Below, piece after piece: positions 20,337 to 30,113 of a DNA stretch of 64,000 nucleotides (positions are counted from its first letter, which is position 1; each line of letters starts with the position of its first letter). The DNA is taken from NCBI GenBank assembly GCA_013140775.1, contig JABFSA010000003.1:12704-76703 (forward strand). Direction: 5' to 3'. Under the pieces are notes generated by a model. It saw only the letters and a list, made by a program, of their open reading frames with translations, was not told where the DNA came from and made no database searches. The DNA is from Acidobacteriota bacterium (GTDB lineage Bacteria; Acidobacteriota; Vicinamibacteria; Vicinamibacterales; UBA2999). Made by a program: the position numbers and the translations under genes.

Positions 20337-22682
20337 TCAGGGCGTGGCTGGAACTTCGGCCGGCGGTGGCTCCGGCTCTAGTGTCTGCAGCGTCTGTGGC
20401 TGCGTCCCGTTGATGAACGCTTCGGTCGTGCCCGATTCGAGCGTGACGAAGGCGATGTTGCCGGGCGTATCGAAGCTCGGCGGATTCTTGCGGTCGTTGC
20501 GCACGTCGATGTAAGTCCGCATGAAGTCCATCCAGATTGGCAGCGCGGCGGTCGCGCCTGTCTCTCCGTTGCTGCTACCCCCAATCGGTTTCTTCTCGTC
20601 GTAGCCCACCCACACGCCCACGGTAATGTTCGGGTCAAACCCGATGAACCACGTGTCTGTGTAGTCGTCTACGGTTCCCGTCTTGCCCGCGAGAGGCCAG
20701 TTGAGGGAAGCCGCCGAGGCGCCCGTGCCTCGTTGCACGACGCCTCGCAGCAGATTCGTCATGACGAACGCGGTATCCGCGCGAATGGTTTCGTGCGCCT
20801 GCGGCCGATTCTGCTCGAGCACACTTCCTTCGCGGTCCACGATCGTCGTGACAGCGTAAGGTGTCATACGCACGCCCTGGTTGGGGAAGACCGAGTACGC
20901 GGATACTGCATCGACCAGCGTGGCCTCAGCTGACCCGAGAGCGAGCGATAGATAGGGCTGAAGCTTTCCGCCGAGCTCGAAGCGTTGCGCGTACTCAACG
21001 ACCTGCGCGGGGCCGACTTCGATCAGTGCCTTGACGGCAGGAATATTCCGCGACTGTTCGAGCGCCCGTCTGAGCGTGGTCGGGCCCTCGTACGTCCGGT
21101 CGTAGTTCATCGGTGCGTACGGTGGCTGATTGGGTCCGGCTTCGAACGATACGGGTTCGTCGATGAAGATCGACACCGGCGTGAACCCTTTGTCGATGGC
21201 CGCGGTATAGACGATGGGTTTGAAGATGGAGCCGAGCTGTCGCCGGGCCTGCGTTGCGCGATTGAACTTGCTCCGGTCGAAGCTGAACCCGCCGACCATG
21301 GCGCGGATCTCGCCCGTGCGGTTGTCAATCGCGACGAGCGACGCCTCGAGAATCGGCGTCTGTTCAAGTGCGACGGTTGCCGGCACGTCGTCGCGGAGCG
21401 TTCGAATCTCGACCTCGACGACATCGCCGACCGTGAAGAGCGCATCCGGCGCGGGCCGCCGTGTCCATGCATAGCCTGCCGGGGGTAAATCCACCTCGTG
21501 TGGGCCGATGCGCAGGCGGGCCGGGCCGGCGCCGCGTTTGGGCGCTGCCGTCACCACAGCCGGCACGATGTCACCAACAGCCATGGGCTGAGACCATCTG
21601 ACGCTCTTGAAGCCTTCGATGGACTGGCCTTCCGCGATGAGGTTGCGGGCCGGCTTTCGGAAGCTGCTCCTGCGTTTGTCGATACGACGCAACCCTCTGT
21701 CGATGGCGCGGTTCGCGGCTTCCTGGAGCTCGAGGTCGAGCGTCGTCTGGACCACCATGCCCGCGTGATACAGCGCGTCGGCGCCGAACTTCTGCTCGAG
21801 CGTCTTGCGAATCTCTTCGGCGAAGTAGGGCGCGATCGAGCGCTCCGGCATCGGCTGACCCTTCACCACGAGCGGACGCTGAGCGGCAGCCGAGGCGTCG
21901 TTCTGGGAGATGAATCCTTCGGCGGCCATGCGGGGGAGCACGTAGTTGTCGCGTCGTGAACGCGCCTGATCGGGATTCACGAACGGGCTGAGACGAGCGG
22001 GTGTCTGGATGATTGCCGCGATCGTCGCCGCTTCTTCAAGAGACAGGTCTTTCGCCGGCTTGTCGAAGTACAGCCTCGAGCCCGCCTCCAGTCCATAGGC
22101 GCCATGGCCCATCGTCACGTGATTCGCGTAGAGCGTGAAGATCTCGCGCTTGGTATAGCGCTTCTCGATCTGGATGGCGACGATCATCTCCTTGATCTTT
22201 CGCTCGACGCCCCGCATCCCTGTGCGCTGAAAGACGCCGCCCTGCATGTACTCCTGCAGAAACAGCATGCGCGCGAGTTGCTGAGTGATCGTGCTGGCGC
22301 CAAACCGCTGGCCATACACGACATCGTTGAACGCCGTCATCACGATGCGCGAAATGCTCAGGCCGAAGTGCTGTTCGAAGTCTGCATCCTCGCTGGCGAG
22401 GATGGCCTGACGCAGGACCGGCGCAATGTCGTCGTAGCCAACAACGACGCGGCGCTCGACAGCGAACTCAGCTACGACCTGCCCGTCGCGGGCCAGGAGG
22501 CGGGTGATGGTCTTCGGCTGGTAATTGTCGAGCGCGCTGATCTCGGGGAGGTCGTCGGCGTAGGCAAACAGGAAGCCGCTGATGCCGCCTGCGACGGCAG
22601 CCGTGATGAAAAGGGCAGCAATAATCGCCTGTTTGGCGATCCGAACGACGATTCGGCGCTCACCTGTTGGGTTATCGCTCAT
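20337..22682 (-). CDS. mrcA: Class A penicillin-binding protein 1A
   Basis: N-terminal TM; transglycosylase motifs SEDADF, GASTITQQLAR and RKIKE; OB insert; transpeptidase motifs GSIFK (SxxK), SRN and KTGT. Confidence 0.9.
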   Translation of the reverse strand: MSDNPTGERRIVVRIAKQAIIAALFITAAVAGGISGFLFAYADDLPEISALDNYQPKTITRLLARDGQVVAEFAVERRVVVGYDDIAPVLRQAILASEDADFEQHFGLSISRIVMTAFNDVVYGQRFGASTITQQLARMLFLQEYMQGGVFQRTGMRGVERKIKEMIVAIQIEKRYTKREIFTLYANHVTMGHGAYGLEAGSRLYFDKPAKDLSLEEAATIAAIIQTPARLSPFVNPDQARSRRDNYVLPRMAAEGFISQNDASAAAQRPLVVKGQPMPERSIAPYFAEEIRKTLEQKFGADALYHAGMVVQTTLDLELQEAANRAIDRGLRRIDKRRSSFRKPARNLIAEGQSIEGFKSVRWSQPMAVGDIVPAVVTAAPKRGAGPARLRIGPHEVDLPPAGYAWTRRPAPDALFTVGDVVEVEIRTLRDDVPATVALEQTPILEASLVAIDNRTGEIRAMVGGFSFDRSKFNRATQARRQLGSIFKPIVYTAAIDKGFTPVSIFIDEPVSFEAGPNQPPYAPMNYDRTYEGPTTLRRALEQSRNIPAVKALIEVGPAQVVEYAQRFELGGKLQPYLSLALGSAEATLVDAVSAYSVFPNQGVRMTPYAVTTIVDREGSVLEQNRPQAHETIRADTAFVMTNLLRGVVQRGTGASAASLNWPLAGKTGTVDDYTDTWFIGFDPNITVGVWVGYDEKKPIGGSSNGETGATAALPIWMDFMRTYIDVRNDRKNPPSFDTPGNIAFVTLESGTTEAFINGTQPQTLQTLEPEPPPAEVPATP

Positions 22683-22732
22683 CGTTCCGCAGCCATCTTA
22701 CGCCGTGTTATCGGAGAAAGAACGCGTCAATC

Positions 22733-22762
22733 GTTGACTGTGATTCGCTCAGATTTGATAAT
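22733..22762 (+). promoter_or_regulatory. Sigma70-type promoter of the dnaK operon with an overlapping degenerate HAIR-like (HspR) site
   Basis: TTGACT (22734-22739)-N17-GATAAT (22757-22762). GTTGACT-N7-GCTCAGA is a weak match to HAIR CTTGAGT-N7-ACTCAAG. Confidence 0.5.
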
Positions 22763-22802
22763 ACTTGAAGCATAAACTCTACGCATTGAAGGACGTAACG
22801 AC

Positions 22803-24719
22803 ATGAGCAAAATCATCGGTATCGATCTCGGCACGACCAACTCCGTAGTCGCTGTGATGGAAGGGGGCGAACCGGTTGTCATCACCAATCCGGAAGGCGG
22901 TCGTCTCACGCCCTCGGTGGTGGCGTTCACGAAGTCAGGTGAGCGTCTGGTCGGCCAGGTCGCCAAGCGGCAGGCGGTGACGAACCCGGAGAACACCGTG
23001 TTCTCCATCAAGCGGTTCATGGGACGCCGGCATGCCGAGGTCACCGAAGAGATGAAGATGGTGCCGTATTCGGTGGTTGCCGCTTCGAACGGCGACGTTC
23101 GTATCAAGACACAGTCCGAAGAGTTTGCCCCCCCGCAGATCTCAGCGATGGTGCTTCAGAAGCTCAAGCAGGCCGCCGAGGAATATCTGGGACAGCCGGT
23201 GACCAAGGCAGTGATCACCGTGCCCGCGTACTTCAACGACGCACAGCGTCAGGCGACGAAGGAGGCGGGACGTATCGCTGGCCTCGAGGTCATGCGCATC
23301 GTCAATGAGCCGACCGCGGCCGCGCTCGCGTACGGACTCGACAAGAAGAAGGACGAGACGATCGCCGTGTACGACTTTGGCGGCGGCACGTTCGACATCT
23401 CAATCCTCGAGGTCGGCGAAGGCGTTGTTGAGGTCAAGTCCACGAACGGCGACACCCACCTGGGCGGCGACAACCTCGACCACCGAATCATGGAGTGGAT
23501 CATCGCCGAGTTCAAAAAGACCGACGGGATCGACCTCGGCAAAGACCGGATGGCCCTGCAGCGGCTGCGCGAGGCGGCTGAGAAAGCCAAGATGGAGCTC
23601 TCCACCGTGATGGAGACCGACATCAATCTGCCGTTTGTGACCGCGGATCAGTCGGGTCCGAAACACCTGCAGATGAAGCTCACGCGCGCTCGCTTCGAGC
23701 AGCTGGTCGAGGATCTGCTCCAGAAGACCGTCGGTCCCACGAAGCAGGCGCTGGCCGATGCCTCTCTCGGTACCGGGAAGATCGACGAAGTGGTCCTCGT
23801 TGGTGGATCCACGCGCATCCCGCGCGTGCAGCAGATTGTCAAAGATCTGTTTGGCATCGAACCGCACAAGGGCGTGAATCCCGATGAGGTCGTGGCGATT
23901 GGCGCGGCCATTCAGGCGGGCGTGCTTGGCGGAGAGGTCAAGGATCTGTTGCTCCTCGATGTGACGCCGCTCTCGCTTGGCATCGAGACCCTTGGCGGCG
24001 TGATGACGACGTTGATTCCAAGGAACACGACCATCCCTACCCGGAAGAGCGAGACGTTTTCTACCGCCGCCGACAGTCAGACGAGCGTCGAGGTGCACGT
24101 ATTACAGGGCGAACGACAGCTGGCGCGCGACAACCGCACGTTGGGACGTTTTCAGCTCGTCGGTATTCCGCCCGCTCCGCGCGGCGTGCCTCAGGTCGAG
24201 GTGACGTTCGATATCGACGCGAATGGCATGGTCAACGTGTCGGCCAAGGACAAGGGCACGGGCAAGGAACAGCGCATCACTATCACTGCATCGAGCGGCC
24301 TCAGCAAGGAAGAGGTCGATCGCATGATGAAGGATGCGGAGTCGCACGCAGAAGAGGACCGCAAGCGGCGTGAAGAGATCGAGGCCCGGAATCGTGCGGA
24401 CCAGGCGATCTATGCCGGCGAGAAGATGCTGCAGGACATGGGGCCGAAGATGTCGGCCGAAGACAAGTCCAGTATCGAGGGGGCGATCGAGGCCGTGAAG
24501 AGTGCCATGGCGGCAAACGACACTGCGGGAATGACGAGCGCCATGGAACGCCTGACGCAGGCGCAGCACAAGGTCGCCGAGGCGGTCTACAAGCAGACCG
24601 GTCCGACGGGACCCGAAGACTCCGCGGGTCCGGGCGGGCCTGGATCCTCCGAGGGCGGGGCCGGTGCGCCCGATGGCGATGTGATCGACGCGGAAGTGGT
24701 GGACGACCAGAAGAAATAA
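22803..24719 (+). CDS. dnaK: Molecular chaperone DnaK
   Basis: [27 protein letters not shown] and NPDEVVA motifs, ending in DAEVVD. Confidence 0.98.
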   Translation: MSKIIGIDLGTTNSVVAVMEGGEPVVITNPEGGRLTPSVVAFTKSGERLVGQVAKRQAVTNPENTVFSIKRFMGRRHAEVTEEMKMVPYSVVAASNGDVRIKTQSEEFAPPQISAMVLQKLKQAAEEYLGQPVTKAVITVPAYFNDAQRQATKEAGRIAGLEVMRIVNEPTAAALAYGLDKKKDETIAVYDFGGGTFDISILEVGEGVVEVKSTNGDTHLGGDNLDHRIMEWIIAEFKKTDGIDLGKDRMALQRLREAAEKAKMELSTVMETDINLPFVTADQSGPKHLQMKLTRARFEQLVEDLLQKTVGPTKQALADASLGTGKIDEVVLVGGSTRIPRVQQIVKDLFGIEPHKGVNPDEVVAIGAAIQAGVLGGEVKDLLLLDVTPLSLGIETLGGVMTTLIPRNTTIPTRKSETFSTAADSQTSVEVHVLQGERQLARDNRTLGRFQLVGIPPAPRGVPQVEVTFDIDANGMVNVSAKDKGTGKEQRITITASSGLSKEEVDRMMKDAESHAEEDRKRREEIEARNRADQAIYAGEKMLQDMGPKMSAEDKSSIEGAIEAVKSAMAANDTAGMTSAMERLTQAQHKVAEAVYKQTGPTGPEDSAGPGGPGSSEGGAGAPDGDVIDAEVVDDQKK

Positions 24720-24722
24720 GTC

Positions 24723-25835
24723 ATGGATCTGTACGTCGTTCTCGGGTTGCCACACGGCGCGACCGAGTCCGAGATCAAGCGGGCGTATCGTCGGCTGGCA
24801 CGGCGGTTCCATCCGGATATCAATCCGGGAGACCGTGCGGCCGAGGAACGCTTTCGGCAGATCGCCGAGGCGTACGAAACGTTGACGGACCCGGATCGAC
24901 GGTCGAACTATGATTCGGGACGATCCTCCACGTCGAATCCCAATCGACGCCCCAGTGGGTTCGAGGGTTTTGATTTCTCGAGCGCCGGGGATCACTCCAC
25001 GACGTTCGGCGATCTCTTCGCCGAAGTCCTGGTTGATCGCACGGCCCAGCGGCCGAAGCACGAGCGCGGTGCCGATCTTCACCACACGCTCCAACTGTCG
25101 TTTGATGAAGCCTTGAGCGGGGCCACACGCTCTGTCACGGTGACACGCCGTGAGTCGTGCCACTCCTGCGCTGGCGTGGGCCGATCGCGCGTGAGCGCGG
25201 GTCAGTGCCACGTGTGCGAGGGCACCGGCTCGATCCGGTCCGTCCGGGGACACATGGTGTTTTCACGGAGCTGCGCGGCATGCGGCGGCACTGGCCAGTT
25301 GCGCTCGCAGGCGTGCGAGTCGTGCGGCGGCTCCGGGCTGGAAACGCGAAGCGAAACCATTCAGGTGCGAATGCCCGCCGGTATTGCCGACGGTGCCAGA
25401 GTCAGGGTGCCAGGCAAAGGCAACGCGGGCACGAGCGGCGGGCCGCCCGGCGACCTGTACATCACGACCCAAGTTGCTCTGCATCCGCACTTCCGGCGCG
25501 AAGGCGACGACGTGCACATCGTGTTGCCGATTGCGGTGCACGAGGCGGCGCTGGGAGCCCGCGTCGATGTGCCGACGCCGGACGGCCCCACGCGTCTACG
25601 CGTCCCGCCTGGCACGCAGTCAGGCCAGCGGTTTCGTCTCCGCGAACGGGGCGCCACATCCACTCGGGACGGACGACGCGGCGACCTCATCGTTGAGGTG
25701 CGTCTGATGCTGCCAAGGATTCTCGATGAACGCTCGAAGGAGCTGTTGAGAGAATTTGGTGAGATTAACGGCGAAAACGTCCGCGAGCGGGCCGACGCCG
25801 GTCAGAGCCGGCCCGAGCCCGGTTCAAACGATTGA
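24723..25835 (+). CDS. dnaJ: DnaJ co-chaperone
   Basis: J-domain with HPD; four CxxCxGxG repeats; C-terminal domain with GPPGDLY. Confidence 0.9.
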   Translation: MDLYVVLGLPHGATESEIKRAYRRLARRFHPDINPGDRAAEERFRQIAEAYETLTDPDRRSNYDSGRSSTSNPNRRPSGFEGFDFSSAGDHSTTFGDLFAEVLVDRTAQRPKHERGADLHHTLQLSFDEALSGATRSVTVTRRESCHSCAGVGRSRVSAGQCHVCEGTGSIRSVRGHMVFSRSCAACGGTGQLRSQACESCGGSGLETRSETIQVRMPAGIADGARVRVPGKGNAGTSGGPPGDLYITTQVALHPHFRREGDDVHIVLPIAVHEAALGARVDVPTPDGPTRLRVPPGTQSGQRFRLRERGATSTRDGRRGDLIVEVRLMLPRILDERSKELLREFGEINGENVRERADAGQSRPEPGSND

Positions 25836-25862
25836 GTCTCGAAGGACTGAGTCAGGGACATC

Positions 25863-26333
25863 ATGGCCAAGCGTACTGAGCGCGGGAAGGGGTACTACAT
25901 GATCAGTGCCGTCTCGCAGAAGTACGGAATCCATCCGCAAACCCTGCGTTTGTATGAGCGTGAGGGCCTGCTGAAGCCGTCGCGCACGGAAGGCAACACG
26001 CGGCTGTACTCGGACGAGGATCTCGAGCAGCTCGAAACGATCCTCGCACTGACACGGGATCTCGGCGTGAATCTCGCCGGCGTCGAGATCATCATGAACA
26101 TGCGCCGGAAGATCGAAGGCATGCAGTCCGAAGTCAATGAGTTCATGGATTACGTCAAGCGTGAGCTGGCGCGAGGCATCGACGACTGGGAACAGCGACT
26201 TGGTACGGCGCTTGTCAAGTCTTCTCCGACCGATCTCGTGAGGCGCGTGAGCGATTCCGATACGAACGCTCCAAAAGAAAAAACCCAGAACGCAAAAAAT
26301 GAACGTGACGCGGAGGGCACGAATAAAAAGTAG
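25863..26333 (+). CDS. hspR: MerR-family heat-shock repressor HspR
   Basis: YMISAVSQKYGIHPQTLRLYEREGLLKPSRTEGNTRLYS...GVNLAGV; located after dnaK-dnaJ. Confidence 0.85.
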   Translation: MAKRTERGKGYYMISAVSQKYGIHPQTLRLYEREGLLKPSRTEGNTRLYSDEDLEQLETILALTRDLGVNLAGVEIIMNMRRKIEGMQSEVNEFMDYVKRELARGIDDWEQRLGTALVKSSPTDLVRRVSDSDTNAPKEKTQNAKNERDAEGTNKK

Positions 26334-26363
26334 GGAGCCGAAGTACGTTAGGATCCCGAAATC

Positions 26364-27212
26364 GTGACCTGCGCGTTGTGCGACGACACCGGTTGGAAGA
26401 CGATTGAGGCCAACGGCGTCACGCGCGTTGCGCGTTGCGATTGCATGCGAGAGTCGGCCGCTGCGCGCCTGCTCTCTGACGCCCGCATCCCTCGACGCTA
26501 CCAGCACTGCGATTTCACCAACTACATCGCTTACAACGAGCGTCTTACCAAGGCGCAGCAGTACGCGGCACGGCTTGCAGAGGGGTTTCCCGTTGTTGAC
26601 AGAGGACTGTTTTTGCTCGGTCCTCCTGGAGTCGGCAAGACGCATCTGGCCGTTGCTGTGCTCCGGCACGTGATCAGTAACCGCGGCGCGCGTGGCCTCT
26701 TCTACGACACGCGCGATCTGTTGCGTGTGATTCGGAGCACGTACGATCCCGTGAATCAGGTTGCCGAAATGGACGTACTTCGGCCGGTCATGGAATGTGA
26801 TGTGCTCGTTCTCGACGATCTCGGCGCGGAGAAGACGTCCGAATGGGTCGAGGAGACGCTCAACCACATCGTCAACGCCCGGTACAGCGCCCAGCGCACG
26901 ACCTTGTTCACCTCCAACTACGAGGACAAGCCGGACACGACGGATCCCGATTCGCTGCTGTTTCGCATCGGCTATCGGATGCGCTCCAGACTCCACGAAA
27001 TGTGTGAATTTCTCGACCTGGACGGCGCTGACTACCGGGAACTGCCTCCCAATGGCGGGGTGGACGACCTGGTCACGCTCTGGAAGCTGCGCAGCAAAGC
27101 GTCGCGCAAGACGACGCTGCCGTCACGTTCGGCCGGGCAGGCCCGTGCCCAGATCCGCGAACGCGATGGCAAGGCCGACCTCAAGTGGTCCGGAGGACGG
27201 GCTGGATCGTAG
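26364..27212 (+). CDS. DnaC/DnaI/IstB-like AAA+ ATPase with an N-terminal Zn-binding motif
   Basis: CxxC...CxC N-terminus, Walker A GPPGVGKT, Walker B VLVLDDLG, TSN, and RMRSRLHEMC. GTG start. Confidence 0.82.
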   Translation: MTCALCDDTGWKTIEANGVTRVARCDCMRESAAARLLSDARIPRRYQHCDFTNYIAYNERLTKAQQYAARLAEGFPVVDRGLFLLGPPGVGKTHLAVAVLRHVISNRGARGLFYDTRDLLRVIRSTYDPVNQVAEMDVLRPVMECDVLVLDDLGAEKTSEWVEETLNHIVNARYSAQRTTLFTSNYEDKPDTTDPDSLLFRIGYRMRSRLHEMCEFLDLDGADYRELPPNGGVDDLVTLWKLRSKASRKTTLPSRSAGQARAQIRERDGKADLKWSGGRAGS

Positions 27213-27215
27213 GAG

Positions 27216-27293
27216 TCAGTCTTTAGTCTCTGGTCTTTAGTCTTTAGTGGTCTTGGTTCAACTAGAGACCAAAGACTAGAGTCTAGAGACTGA
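27216..27293. repeat. Two head-to-head heptamer arrays (TCTTTAG/TCTCTAG) forming an imperfect long inverted repeat
   Basis: tcagtctttagtctctggtctttagtctttag ... ctagagaccaaagactagagtctagagactga. Confidence 0.8.
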
Positions 27294-27304
27294 GGCTCTT
27301 CCCC

Positions 27305-28426
27305 ATGCTCGGTCTCTACCTCCACATCCCGTTCTGCTCGGCTATTTGTAACTACTGCAATTTCAATCGCGGCCTCTTTCAGCCTGCGCTGAAGGAGCGC
27401 TACGTCACCGCGCTGCTCACCGAGATTGCCCGTGCTGCCGACGGAGCTCCTGCCGATACGATCTTCTTCGGTGGAGGTACGCCTTCGTTGCTCGAGCCAG
27501 CGGAGATCGCAACGATCATCCGTGCATGCCGGATTGCGTGGGCGTTGGCGCCGGATGCGGAGATCACGCTCGAGGCTAATCCAGAGACGGTCACCCCCGA
27601 GCGGCTGTCCGGGTTTCGCGAGGCCGGCGTCAACCGTCTGAGCTATGGTGTGCAGTCGTTTCGCGATGATGAGCTTGCGCGCCTCAGCCGGCTTCACTCC
27701 TCTGGTCGCGCCGTCGAGGCGTTCCACATGGCGCGAGGGGCGGGGTTCGACAACATCTCCCTCGATCTGATGATGTGGCTGCCTCAACAATCGGTGAGTC
27801 ACTGGCTGGAATCCGTGGACGAGCTGATCGAACTCGGTCCGGACCACGCCTCGATGTATCTGCTCGAGCTGTATCCGAACGCGCCTCTTCGCGACGAGAT
27901 GGCGCGCGGGCAATGGTCGCTGGCTCCGGATGACGACGCGGCGGAGATGTATCTGACGGGTCTTGCCCGAATGGACGCTGCCGGCTACGTGCAGTATGAA
28001 ATCTCGAACGTCGCGCGCGCGGGCCGGCATTCGCGTCACAACATGAAGTACTGGATGGATGGCGAGTGGCTCGGCTTCGGGTGCGGTGCGCATTCCACAC
28101 GCGCGGGTACGCGCTGGAAGAATGTGTCGTCCACTGAGGACTACATCACGGCCACGATGAATGGACAGTCGATCGCTGCCGAGGTGCGGGCGCTCTCGTC
28201 GCAGGAGCGCCTGGAAGACGCGCTCTTCACCGGGCTGCGATTGAACGCCGGCCTGGATCTGGCGGTCATGAACGACCGGTACAAGGTGGATGTCTGGTCT
28301 GAATACGGCGGAGAGTTACAGTCCTTCGCGGATCAGGGCATCTTGTCTTATGATGGCCGCTCTCTACGGCTGACTAGGGCTGGAATGCTCCTTGCTCATG
28401 AAGTTATGGCCGTTTTCATTCGGTAA
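27305..28426 (+). CDS. hemW: Radical SAM heme chaperone HemW
   Basis: LYLHIPFCSAICNYCNF, FFGGGTPS, EITLEANP, RLSYGVQSF and YEISN motifs. Confidence 0.92.
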   Translation: MLGLYLHIPFCSAICNYCNFNRGLFQPALKERYVTALLTEIARAADGAPADTIFFGGGTPSLLEPAEIATIIRACRIAWALAPDAEITLEANPETVTPERLSGFREAGVNRLSYGVQSFRDDELARLSRLHSSGRAVEAFHMARGAGFDNISLDLMMWLPQQSVSHWLESVDELIELGPDHASMYLLELYPNAPLRDEMARGQWSLAPDDDAAEMYLTGLARMDAAGYVQYEISNVARAGRHSRHNMKYWMDGEWLGFGCGAHSTRAGTRWKNVSSTEDYITATMNGQSIAAEVRALSSQERLEDALFTGLRLNAGLDLAVMNDRYKVDVWSEYGGELQSFADQGILSYDGRSLRLTRAGMLLAHEVMAVFIR

Positions 28427-28467
28427 TGTGTACGGTAGAGTTAACGCCTTTCCCAGGAGGCTTGCAG

Positions 28468-28935
28468 ATGCGACGACTTTCCGGGTTCCTACTGGCTGGC
28501 GCCATCATGTTGCTGCCGGCGTTTTCGCAAGGCCACGACGTAGTGCGCGCGCAGGCTGCTCCGGCGTTTACCTTCGACGGCGAAGTGGCGCTCTGGACAC
28601 TCGCGATCAAGCCAGACCAGACGGCGGCGTTTGAAACGGTCATGGCGAAGGTCCGCGAAGCATTGTTGAAATCCGAAAAGCCCGAGCGCAAGGCGCAGGC
28701 GGCCGGGTGGAAGGTGGTCAAGGACGTGGCCCCTCTCAAGGACGGCAACATCCGCTATACCCACATCATCAATCCGGTCGTGAAGGGTGCTGACTACACG
28801 ATCGTCGCAATTCTGTACGAGGGGTTCACCGACCCGGCTGAACAGCGCGCGCTGTACGAGCAGTATCGCAACGCGTTCGCCACGAACTACGGTGCGAGCG
28901 TCGGCTCGGTCGTGATGGATCTGTCCAAGCCCTGA
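28468..28935 (+). CDS. Secreted hypothetical protein, paralog 1
   Basis: AGGAGG RBS; signal peptide; homologous to 29036-29575. Confidence 0.75.
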   Translation: MRRLSGFLLAGAIMLLPAFSQGHDVVRAQAAPAFTFDGEVALWTLAIKPDQTAAFETVMAKVREALLKSEKPERKAQAAGWKVVKDVAPLKDGNIRYTHIINPVVKGADYTIVAILYEGFTDPAEQRALYEQYRNAFATNYGASVGSVVMDLSKP

Positions 28936-28963
28936 GCACGCCCGCCATTCGCACACACGACAC

Positions 28964-29001
28964 GAGCCACGAGCGGCATCCGCCGTTCGTGGCTCTTTTT
29001 T
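28964..29001 (+). terminator. Intrinsic terminator
   Basis: Stem GAGCCACGAGCGGC-ATCC-GCCGTTCGTGGCTC followed by T6. Confidence 0.85.
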
Positions 29002-29035
29002 CAGGGCTGAGGCTGGCCCATTCGAGATGCACCTG

Positions 29036-29575
29036 ATGCGTACTTTCACCACGATTCTGGCAATGCTGGTGCTTGCCGGAGCCGCGCCGCGGGCGCAGCA
29101 GCCCGTCCAGACACCACCGGCGTCTCCACAGCAAACCGCTCCGGCCGCGCCAGTTCCGGCAACACCAGCGTCCGGCGCTCCCGCGACGCCGGCGGCCGCA
29201 CGGACGTTTACGGCGCCCGCGGGTGTGATTTTCAATGCGGTCCGTCCCGACCGGGTCGCGGACTTCGAAATCGTGATGGGTTACCTGAGGGCCGCGCTCG
29301 AGAAGTCCACGGATCCTGCGGTGCAGGCACAGGCGCGTGGCTGGCGTGTGTTCAAGGCGTCAGAGCCCGGACCCAACGCCACGGTGTTGTACGTGTTCCT
29401 GCTGGATCCTGCGACACCCGGAGCCGACTATGGCCTCGGGCGCATCCTGAGCGACGCGTATCCCGACCAGGTGCAGGATATCTGGAAGCTGTATTCCGGC
29501 GCGCTCGCTGGCGGGGGAAGCCTGCTGAACCTCACGCCGGTGCAGGCGGCGCCGCCCCCGGCGGGCGCCAAGTGA
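29036..29575 (+). CDS. Secreted hypothetical protein, paralog 2 (Pro/Ala-rich linker)
   Basis: Signal peptide ending PRA-Q. Shares PD..A.FE.VM...R.AL.KS..P...AQA.GW.V.K and GADY...IL with 28468-28935. Start could be 29027 or 29036. Confidence 0.75.
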   Translation: MRTFTTILAMLVLAGAAPRAQQPVQTPPASPQQTAPAAPVPATPASGAPATPAAARTFTAPAGVIFNAVRPDRVADFEIVMGYLRAALEKSTDPAVQAQARGWRVFKASEPGPNATVLYVFLLDPATPGADYGLGRILSDAYPDQVQDIWKLYSGALAGGGSLLNLTPVQAAPPPAGAK

Positions 29576-29597
29576 ACGATCGGCGAGTTCTCGTCCT

Positions 29598-30077
29598 CTA
29601 GAACGCGAGGTTCAACCCCGCGTAGACGCGATGCACCACTGAGTGCAATGGTTCGCCCCGCAGCTTGAAAATACGGTAGTCGATTCGTGCCCGGATCGGG
29701 CCGGCCAGCGAGATCTTGACGCCCCCGCCTGAGTTCGCGCCGAACTGTGTCTCGTGCTGGTCACCAAGCCGTTCGCGATACGCCCCGCCGCCCGCGGTCG
29801 CGTAGAACTGCATCCCGGCGACAGGGAAGGGCGTCTGCACCAGCACGTTCCCCATGCCCGTTCTCAGTGAGGGCGCCGCGTTCTCCGCTGACTCGCTCAC
29901 CTCGGCGTACTCGAACTCGAAGCCGAGCACGAGGATGCCGGCGCCAATGGCGAATCCCTTGACCGGCCGATTGTCGGGGTTGAACGCGCTTCCGATGAAC
30001 ACCGTCGCGTCGGCGAAGGCCGGCGATGCCGCGGCAACGAGCAGCGAGACGAGGATCAGGACCCTGGTTGGCTTCAT
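29598..30077 (-). CDS. Small outer-membrane beta-barrel protein
   Basis: Signal peptide (AFA-D), alternating beta-strands, and C-terminal YAGLNLAF. Confidence 0.75.
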   Translation of the reverse strand: MKPTRVLILVSLLVAAASPAFADATVFIGSAFNPDNRPVKGFAIGAGILVLGFEFEYAEVSESAENAAPSLRTGMGNVLVQTPFPVAGMQFYATAGGGAYRERLGDQHETQFGANSGGGVKISLAGPIRARIDYRIFKLRGEPLHSVVHRVYAGLNLAF

Positions 30078-30113
30078 ACCGAATGATACGATCAGTCCGC
30101 CTCCCGAAATCTG

